Below are positions 57,445-64,000 of a stretch of 64,000 nucleotides of DNA, in pieces. Every line of letters begins with the position of its first letter. Position 1 is the stretch's first letter. The stretch is from a phage. The translations under genes were made by a program, and so were the position numbers. A model generated the notes under the pieces. The model was not told the origin of the DNA, ran no database searches, and was given only the letters and a program-made list of their open reading frames with translations. Location of the stretch: the sequence record PZ674595.1; one strand, written 5' to 3'.

Positions 57445-58010
57445 TTAATCATTCAATAATCTATATTTTCTTTTGATTAAATCTTCACCTTTTTTGGTGA
57501 ACACAAAACCAAATTGCGATTTTTTGTTCAGCCTAAGGACTCTGTTATCCAACGCATCGGTTGATGGAATCAATGTTTGATCATCTATCCAATTAAGTAG
57601 CGTAAGAAAGTTCAGCAGCCTCAACGTTGTTGTGCGAAGCTCTTTCGATATATTTTCAATGCTGGCAATTCGTCTTTCTTTTTTCTCAGGTGGTACAGAT
57701 AATTGTTCTTGAGGTTTCGTGGGTAGATAATCAATTTCGTTTGCTGAATCGAATGATATGTGTGGCGTAATTTTGCTAAAAAAGCCTTTCGCTGACTCAC
57801 TTGATAATAAACCAGACCTATTCATATCGTTTGTTATTCTGTACAGGAGTGGACTGTGTTTCATTTCAGGATAACGTTGATAAAAGTTAAGCAATTCAAA
57901 AGCAGCATTAGCACCAACAAGAAAATCGGAAGGATCGCTGACTTTCCAGAAAGAATGATTTTTCTTAGCGCCAGTGGTGTCAACAAATGATAATTCTTTT
58001 AACCAACTCA
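57445..58010 (-). CDS. hypothetical protein (AT-rich block)
   Basis: ATG at 58010 (MSWLKEL...) behind GGAG; track ORF starts at 58044. Confidence 0.4.
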
Positions 58011-58076
58011 TGATGTGCTCCTTTCTAACAAGTGAGCACATCATAGAATTAGTAGATAGGGGGTAAATATGAAATG

Positions 58077-58355
58077 TTACGGCAACCTGCTCAGTATTTC
58101 CTCTAGATCTTTTTTTGTCATATTGGAGTTCTCATAGATGCGCATGATTTTCTCACGCGTCTTAGCGGAAACCCCAACGGCAGATGTGACTTTGTCAAAT
58201 TCAGCCATAGTCATCGTCTCCAGAATGGCATTGATAACTTCAGCCTTAGACATCTTGATTTTTTTCTCTTTGAGTTTTATTTGAAATTTTCCAAGTTTTT
58301 CATTGGCCTTATCAGACAATGCCACTTGGCAATAAGTTGTTTTCTTTTCGCTCAT
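58077..58355 (-). CDS. small protein downstream of helicase (possible UvsW.1-like)
   Basis: 92-aa Lys-rich ORF; start 2 nt after helicase stop. Confidence 0.35.
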   Translation of the reverse strand: MSEKKTTYCQVALSDKANEKLGKFQIKLKEKKIKMSKAEVINAILETMTMAEFDKVTSAVGVSAKTREKIMRIYENSNMTKKDLEEILSRLP

Positions 58356-58357
58356 AA

Positions 58358-59917
58358 CTAATCTCGTTTCAGAACTCCAAAATCGAATGCGCCATCAATA
58401 GGCAATACACCTTCTGCAAAGCCAGGTGTGGTGTCGATGATGTGTTTTCGCTCATAAGAGTGAGACAACAGGTATTTGTTGCTAATGTCAATGAAATCAG
58501 TGATAAAACACACGTTTGCCTGATTTTTTTTTGCTCGTAAGCCACGACCGACACGCTGTCTCATTTCAACTTCTGCTTTCCCACCACCAGCAAGAATGAC
58601 CGCGCCCACGCTTGGCACATCAACACCGACATCCAGAATAGTCGAGCCTATTAAAACATCTATTTCGCCAGACGCTAAACTGTTCAGCTTTGCTTGCCTT
58701 GTCGCCTGGTTCGATTCCCCATAAATGAAGTCAACTCTAAGGCCGGACTCCTTCATCATCTCCATCAGGATTTGCCCGTGGCGTTTAAGACGAACCAGAG
58801 TCATACAATTGAGAGAATGTTGCTTATAGAGCAATGCTTCGCGCACAATGGCCTCGTTACGTCCCAAATTATACACGATCCCCAACTGATAAGCCTTTTG
58901 GTAGGCAGTGCTCATACCTACTCTAAAATTAAGGTGTTTGTTGGCAAGTTCCGCCTTGATTCTGACCTCGTCTGGCTTGTAAGCAACTTTATGATAAAGG
59001 AAGTACGGTTTTGCCAGAATACCTCGATCAATCAGGTACTTTTCTGTGACTTTAATTTCAATTCGCCCGGCCACAGCCATCAGACGCATGTTGGCTTCTG
59101 TAGAATCCTTCATGAACGGCGTGGCTGTAAGCGCCAGACGATAGTCTGCGTTCACACATAATCTGGCGATGTCATAGAAATTAGAGCCTGAAGACTCATG
59201 CGCCTCTTCCAGAATAAGCAGAGACACACTTGAAAGGAAGCGTTTCACCAAGTCCCGACGTTTGAGGTGGTAGCTCTTCTTATCTGGTGTTGCATCGCGT
59301 GGTGGTTCTTCAAGGAAACTTGCCAGAGTTTGAACTGTAGCGACGTTGATATGTCGTGATACCTGGAACTCACCCGAGCCAATGACTCCAACCTTTTGGT
59401 CTTTTAACCACGGTTCGCCATTTTTGGCGCGGTAGTCGATGGATCTCTGGAAGTTTTCGGCCATTTGAAACATCAGAACAGAGCGGGTTGTTAAAAATAA
59501 TGTCATTCGACCGATACGTGCAGCTGCTTTGCAGGCAACATTAGATTTCCCGCCACCAGTAGCGATCTGCGCAATCATCATTCCCTCGCGAACTAGTGTT
59601 TCCACAGTCTGATCCTGATACGCATAATCAGGATTGTATGGGAATGGGTTAACCGCCGGATTTGGCTTTCCAAGCGCCGGGGCTTTGTCTTTGCGGATAT
59701 GAACACATTTGATGCCCGCCTTGTTCAAGTTCGCCGCTACAGGCTTGGCAAAGCCAGCAGGGAACGAGTTTTTACTCCAGTTGAACATCGTGCTTGTGCC
59801 CTTCCAGTCGCCAGTCTCGACTTCGTAGCTCAACATTTGCTGCACCAGTTGCTTTACCTTGTCATCTGCGCCAGAAATAAGCGCATTTACTGCGTTAGAT
59901 ACAATCCGAACAGTCAT
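58358..59917 (-). CDS. superfamily-2 DNA helicase (UvsW-like)
   Basis: Walker A ATGGGKS, DExH-type box LILEEAHE, LTATPF, helicase C-terminal motifs GSTILDVGVDVP and QRVGRGLR; RBS AAGGAAAGAGG. Confidence 0.8.
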   Translation of the reverse strand: MTVRIVSNAVNALISGADDKVKQLVQQMLSYEVETGDWKGTSTMFNWSKNSFPAGFAKPVAANLNKAGIKCVHIRKDKAPALGKPNPAVNPFPYNPDYAYQDQTVETLVREGMMIAQIATGGGKSNVACKAAARIGRMTLFLTTRSVLMFQMAENFQRSIDYRAKNGEPWLKDQKVGVIGSGEFQVSRHINVATVQTLASFLEEPPRDATPDKKSYHLKRRDLVKRFLSSVSLLILEEAHESSGSNFYDIARLCVNADYRLALTATPFMKDSTEANMRLMAVAGRIEIKVTEKYLIDRGILAKPYFLYHKVAYKPDEVRIKAELANKHLNFRVGMSTAYQKAYQLGIVYNLGRNEAIVREALLYKQHSLNCMTLVRLKRHGQILMEMMKESGLRVDFIYGESNQATRQAKLNSLASGEIDVLIGSTILDVGVDVPSVGAVILAGGGKAEVEMRQRVGRGLRAKKNQANVCFITDFIDISNKYLLSHSYERKHIIDTTPGFAEGVLPIDGAFDFGVLKRD

Positions 59918-59999
59918 AAACCTCTTTCCTTAGTGCCTTTTGTATGTTATTTGGCTATTATAATAAGTAAGTGATTACTTAGTGGATTGTAGCAATAAA

Positions 60000-60680
60000 A
60001 TGGATGTAAAAATCACGATTTTGCAGGTTGATGTTGCCAACCTTCGCCCGAATACCTGGAACACCAATTCGGTTGGTGCGCAGAATTTTGAAAAACTGAA
60101 AGGTTCTATCGAAAAATTGGGCTTTTTTAAGCCAATTTTGGCTCGTGAACTTGAAGATGGATTTTTTGAAATCCTCGGCGGCGAACATCGCTGGCGTGCC
60201 GCTATTGAGCAAGGAATTTCAACGGTTCCGGTGCTTTCTGTGGGCAAAATTAGCGATGTCGTAGCTAAACAGATGTCACTGGTGGACAACGAGCGATACG
60301 GTGAAGACGACCAAATCGCATTGCAACGCTTCATTGAAGAAATTCAGTCAGAACTTGACTATCAGCTGTCTGAAATCGCCCCGTATGACGACGAAATCTC
60401 GATGGTTTTAGCAAAAGAGGCGGCAATCGACCTTGAAGCACTGGAGGCGTTGTCTCGTGGTAGTGATGAGCCTGTCGATACCGACAAACGAGAGAAAACC
60501 GAACGTGTGGGTGCGGAACATCAGACCATGCGCTTCAAAGTAACTTTCGATGCGTCAGATCGTGTTGCAGAAACCATAAAAAACATCATCAAAGAGCAGG
60601 CTATTAACACCGGTAATGAAATGGAGAACGCTGGTGAGGCTCTGGTGTGGCTGGTCGACTACTACAAGGAGCGTATGTAA
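60000..60680 (+). CDS. ParB N-terminal-domain (ParB/Srx fold) protein 1
   Basis: ILGGEHRWRAA arginine-finger motif of ParB-type NTP-binding domains; track ORF starts with GTG at 59982; start choice uncertain (no clear RBS). Confidence 0.6.
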   Translation: MDVKITILQVDVANLRPNTWNTNSVGAQNFEKLKGSIEKLGFFKPILARELEDGFFEILGGEHRWRAAIEQGISTVPVLSVGKISDVVAKQMSLVDNERYGEDDQIALQRFIEEIQSELDYQLSEIAPYDDEISMVLAKEAAIDLEALEALSRGSDEPVDTDKREKTERVGAEHQTMRFKVTFDASDRVAETIKNIIKEQAINTGNEMENAGEALVWLVDYYKERM

Positions 60681-61348
60681 TGACCAAAAAGTTTGAAATC
60701 GTATATCGCGACCCGGCAGATCTTATTCCCTATGAGATGAATGCCAAAAAGCATGATGAACAGCAGATCCGAGATCTAGCCGCAGCCATTAAAAAGCGCG
60801 GATTTGACCAGCCAATTACGGTCGATAAGAACGACGTAATTATTACTGGCCACGGCCGCCGTGAGGCTGCAATTTTTGCTGGACTTGAGCGCGTACCGGT
60901 TATTGTTCGCGATGATCTCAGTGATGACGAGGTTCGTGCGAAGCGCCTTGAAGATAACCGACTTGCCAGCATTGATTACGATGCAATTAAGCTACAGAAA
61001 GAGCTTGAGTCGCTTGTTCTGGACGATATCGAGGTTTTCGGCTTTGAAGAGCGTGAGTTGAATGTTCTCGTTGGCAGCATGACAGAAGAAATGGACACCG
61101 ACTCGCTAGTTATCGATCTTGGCGAAGAAACTAAACGACAGAAGGATGAACACACCGAGATCAGTCGTGAAGTTGCAGCGGAAGAAGTACGTGTTGTCGA
61201 CGTATTGGGCTTTAAAACGCTTCCTGCTGGCTCTGCCATTGTTGTTGGTGATTTGCTTGCCCACATGGAAGAAATGACGGGAGAAAGCGGGGTAGACGCA
61301 TTTGTGGCATATGCGGAGAAGATCTCTTCCGGGGAGATGGCTGCATGA
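60680..61348 (+). CDS. ParB N-terminal-domain protein 2 (paralogue)
   Basis: IITGHGRREAA motif; ATG overlaps upstream stop (TAATG); acidic C-terminus. Confidence 0.6.
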   Translation: MTKKFEIVYRDPADLIPYEMNAKKHDEQQIRDLAAAIKKRGFDQPITVDKNDVIITGHGRREAAIFAGLERVPVIVRDDLSDDEVRAKRLEDNRLASIDYDAIKLQKELESLVLDDIEVFGFEERELNVLVGSMTEEMDTDSLVIDLGEETKRQKDEHTEISREVAAEEVRVVDVLGFKTLPAGSAIVVGDLLAHMEEMTGESGVDAFVAYAEKISSGEMAA

Positions 61349-62010
61349 ACAAATACATCATCAACGTATCGTTTCAGACACGCGTAAATAAAACCACGCG
61401 CACGTTGGAAATCGCTGAGTCGTTCGGGCTTGGCCTGGACGAAAAAGAGTGGACGCTTTACGACAATCTGGAGCTGGAAGTGAAGCAGGGCGATGTGGTG
61501 TACATCACCGGCCAATCCGGTTCCGGCAAATCCGTTGTGCTGCGCGAGTTGCAACGACAGATGAAGGATGAAGGGCTGTCTGTAGCCTCCATCGATGATT
61601 TTACCTTCGATAATGAGGTTAACGTCATCGATCAGTTGGGCAAAACGACCAGCGATGCGCTTGGGTTGTTATCTATGGCTGGTCTGAACGATGCATATCT
61701 GTTTGTTCGCAAGCCTTCTGAAATGTCAGACGGTCAGAAATATCGTCTCAAGATTGCCAAACTGATTGAGTCAGGCGCTAAAGTGTGGGCTGCTGACGAG
61801 TTCGGTGCTGTTCTAGACCGTGTAACCGCTCAGGTTGTGGCATCTAACCTCCAGCGTGCCGCTCGAAAGGTTGGTGCGACGGTAATGGTGGCGACGACTC
61901 ACGAAGACCTGAAGAACGCGCTGCGCCCGGATATGCAGATCACCAAGCACTACAAAGAACGCGTGAAGGTGGAATATCACAATGGTAGTCATGATGAGGT
62001 TCATTTATGA
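61345..62010 (+). CDS. stand-alone ABC-type ATPase (nucleotide-binding domain only)
   Basis: Walker A GQSGSGKS, signature-like SDGQKYRL, Walker B VWAADEFGAVLD, H-loop ATTHED; ATGA overlap with upstream gene. Confidence 0.6.
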   Translation: MNKYIINVSFQTRVNKTTRTLEIAESFGLGLDEKEWTLYDNLELEVKQGDVVYITGQSGSGKSVVLRELQRQMKDEGLSVASIDDFTFDNEVNVIDQLGKTTSDALGLLSMAGLNDAYLFVRKPSEMSDGQKYRLKIAKLIESGAKVWAADEFGAVLDRVTAQVVASNLQRAARKVGATVMVATTHEDLKNALRPDMQITKHYKERVKVEYHNGSHDEVHL

Positions 62011-62897
62011 CGGACATCATCATTAAACGCTACCGCCCTGAAGAGTTTCCGCGTCATCTGGACTTTCTGGAGCGAATGACTGTCACAAAGGGAACTGTAG
62101 AGGACTGGCACGCTCTTAAGTCGCTTCACTACAAAACAGACGGCAAACCTTTCGCGCCAACTTACTATCGCTGCGAACTTGATGACCGTCTGGTGGGCGT
62201 CGTGGTTATGGCTTACCCGAAACTACTGCTGGCACCTCGCCACCGCATGTTTCCTAAGTTGAAACCAACCACTAATACCACCGTGGCTAACCAGTACTGG
62301 GGTCGGTACGTGAATAACAACTTTGCGGTGATCAGTCGCTCAGTTGTGGATACTCAGTATCGTGGCGTAGGCGTCTCTTATCGAATGATTAACCTGGTTA
62401 GCAGGATGCATGACCGGCCAATCATTGAGATCCAGTCCTCGATGAGCAAATACAATCCCTTCGCCATGAAAGCAGGGTTTAAGTTCATCCGCCCTGAGCG
62501 ACCGAAGAGCTATGAAAGTGCACTGCGTGTATTCCAGCGCCATTTCCGTTCCGACCCGGGTGATAACGAGGCGATCGTCAAAGAGTTGTTCGCAATGAGC
62601 GAGTCTCGTCGTCGCCGTGCACTGCGTGATCTGGTGGCGGACTACCACAAGAACAGTTCCCTGGCAAAAGCTGGGCGGAATCGTGGCACGACGATTCAGG
62701 ACATTGCCGACAGTCTGGTGGACGAGGCCAGCATTGTGAAGCTGCTCAAGGACATTCACAACCTGAGCTTTACGTCTCCGTTGTATGGTGTGTACCGAAA
62801 CCCTGACTTTGGCCGTCGACTGCCTGACACGCTGCCACTGCTGGCATTCGACAAACAACCTTTGGATAAACCGTTAGAAATTGCTTTACCGGCATAA
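62007..62897 (+). CDS. GNAT-like acyltransferase-fold protein with C-terminal extension
   Basis: Motif-A-like VDTQYRGVGVSYRMI preceded by hydrophobic strand LVGVVVMAY; ATGA overlap with ATPase gene. Confidence 0.5.
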   Translation: MTDIIIKRYRPEEFPRHLDFLERMTVTKGTVEDWHALKSLHYKTDGKPFAPTYYRCELDDRLVGVVVMAYPKLLLAPRHRMFPKLKPTTNTTVANQYWGRYVNNNFAVISRSVVDTQYRGVGVSYRMINLVSRMHDRPIIEIQSSMSKYNPFAMKAGFKFIRPERPKSYESALRVFQRHFRSDPGDNEAIVKELFAMSESRRRRALRDLVADYHKNSSLAKAGRNRGTTIQDIADSLVDEASIVKLLKDIHNLSFTSPLYGVYRNPDFGRRLPDTLPLLAFDKQPLDKPLEIALPA

Positions 62898-62906
62898 GGA
62901 TTTGCC

Positions 62907-63173
62907 ATGACGTTAACCGATAAACAAAAGGACATCATCAAAACGCTCAATCTCGGTTATGAGCGAGGTCATCTACTTGACCTGGACGAATTGCTTGAAG
63001 TTTTGCCGTACAAGACAACCAAGCAAAGTATCCAGTTCTCAATTCGCGCTCTGATAAAAAAGGGGCTGGTGGAGAAAGGGCATACGCGCCAACGCAGTGA
63101 CAATCGCTATCACCGCCGAACTCTTGGGTTAACCACTTTAGGTCGAGCCAAAGCGAAGTTACTGGTGATGTAA
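62907..63173 (+). CDS. small putative winged-helix DNA-binding protein
   Basis: 88-aa basic ORF 10 nt after the GNAT-like gene; RBS AAGGA. Confidence 0.4.
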   Translation: MTLTDKQKDIIKTLNLGYERGHLLDLDELLEVLPYKTTKQSIQFSIRALIKKGLVEKGHTRQRSDNRYHRRTLGLTTLGRAKAKLLVM

Positions 63174-63192
63174 TCGGTCTGGGAGCTTATTT

Positions 63193-63253
63193 AAAGACCT
63201 GCATCTGTATATATAAATAATAAGTAACTTATTAAATATATACGGAAGCAGGC
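63193..63253. repeat. copy 2 of the conserved inverted-repeat element
   Basis: Right arm ATATACGGAAGCAGGCT identical to copy at 33074-33132; left arm diverged; loop carries AATAAGTAACTTATT palindrome. Confidence 0.55.
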
Positions 63254-63368
63254 TTCGTAAGACATGCCAGACCTAATTAAACACCTCAGAAAACAAGTTG
63301 GTTAGCAGATGCAGTAAACAAGTTGTTTTAGAGCGCATGGACGCGCTCTGTGTGTTTTAGAGGGATCT

Positions 63369-64000
63369 ATGACGGTCGAAAAAGACGAGGTAAAAACTCG
63401 CCTGACACCAGCGGAGTGGGCCGAAGCTGAAGCCAAATGGACGTCAGGCGAATATACACTCTCAAAGCTGGAGGAAGAGTACGGCATTCGTCGTGAAACA
63501 CTCTCCAGACATTTCAAAAAGCGAGGATTAGAGAAAGGCGCGGACTCTGTTGGGAAGATGGTTCGTGAGTCTCTTAAATCTGACGCAGAGCTTCGCGCTA
63601 AAGCCCGTGCGGAAAAGATAGAAGAACGTCGTACACGTTATGACGGCTGGGCGTATGCGTTGGGGCAGATGGTGATGGTCGAAGTCACTACGGCCAAACG
63701 TGAGGGTAAGCCTTTAGGGGCGATTGAGGATTCTCTCAAGAGCTTACAGAGAGCCAGTAATACCCTTGCAAAATGCTTTGAAGTTTCGTCCAAAGCATTG
63801 GGCATGGATCATGCGGAAAATGACGAGGAAGAAATTCCGAACCTGGTATTTGGTGAGCTTACGCCTTCCCAGGTGGCGAAATTACGTCAGGAAGACGACG
63901 AGCCTGAAATCATCGATGACGAATTGCTTGAGACGTTGGAAGAAGAAGCTCTAAGCGAATTTGATGCGACAGATGATGGAAGTGAAGGGGAGGACGAATA
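63369..64000 (+). CDS. putative terminase small subunit, 3'-truncated by window end
   Basis: ORF open to window edge, so absent from the track; N-terminal HTH-like LTPAEWAEAEAKWTSGEYTLSKLEEEYGIRRETLSRHF, very acidic C-terminal region; RBS GAGGG; two AAACAAGTTGKTT motifs upstream. Confidence 0.55.
   Translation, partial: MTVEKDEVKTRLTPAEWAEAEAKWTSGEYTLSKLEEEYGIRRETLSRHFKKRGLEKGADSVGKMVRESLKSDAELRAKARAEKIEERRTRYDGWAYALGQMVMVEVTTAKREGKPLGAIEDSLKSLQRASNTLAKCFEVSSKALGMDHAENDEEEIPNLVFGELTPSQVAKLRQEDDEPEIIDDELLETLEEEALSEFDATDDGSEGEDE

Noticed and set aside
63302-63954. Track ORFs 63302-63517 (minus) and 63724-63954 (plus)
   Set aside because: Both overlap, in other frames, the long ORF starting at 63369 that runs off the window end and has an RBS and terminase-small-subunit-like N-terminus

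Overview
The window reads as about 64 kb of a phage-plasmid (plasmid prophage) from an enterobacterial host, with a host-like mrp-metG segment embedded in it. Everything here is read by eye from the sequence and the ORF track; no searches or computations were run. A P1-type RepA/iteron replicon (15.2-17.3 kb) sits inside a mostly plus-strand block of phage DNA-metabolism genes: a VWA/MoxR-ATPase pair, DnaE-like Pol III alpha, gp32-like SSB, flap nuclease, RecA/UvsX-like recombinase, SbcD/SbcC-like nuclease, RuvC-like resolvase, NrdA/NrdB, thymidylate synthase, DHFR, DnaQ-like exonuclease, RNase HI, two N6-adenine methyltransferases, a Pol III theta homologue (P1 Hot-like) and a UmuD'-like protein (P1 HumD-like) behind a LexA box, and a UvsW-like helicase. 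The window ends in the 5' part of a putative terminase small-subunit gene. The gene set resembles P1/SSU5-type phage-plasmids. The mrp and metG genes (43986-47362) look chromosomal in composition but are flanked on both sides by the element's own repeated regulatory motifs. The most notable unexplained items are: a translationally coupled operon of two ParB-like proteins, a minimal ABC ATPase, a GNAT-like protein and a small DNA-binding protein just upstream of the terminase gene; an AT-rich block of minus-strand genes of unknown function; a strongly strand-asymmetric C/A-rich tract with two kinds of direct-repeat arrays that recur 4 kb away; a 520-bp ORF-free structured region; and two families of palindromic motifs repeated before many genes. 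No tRNA, rRNA, CRISPR array, integrase or transposase was recognised.
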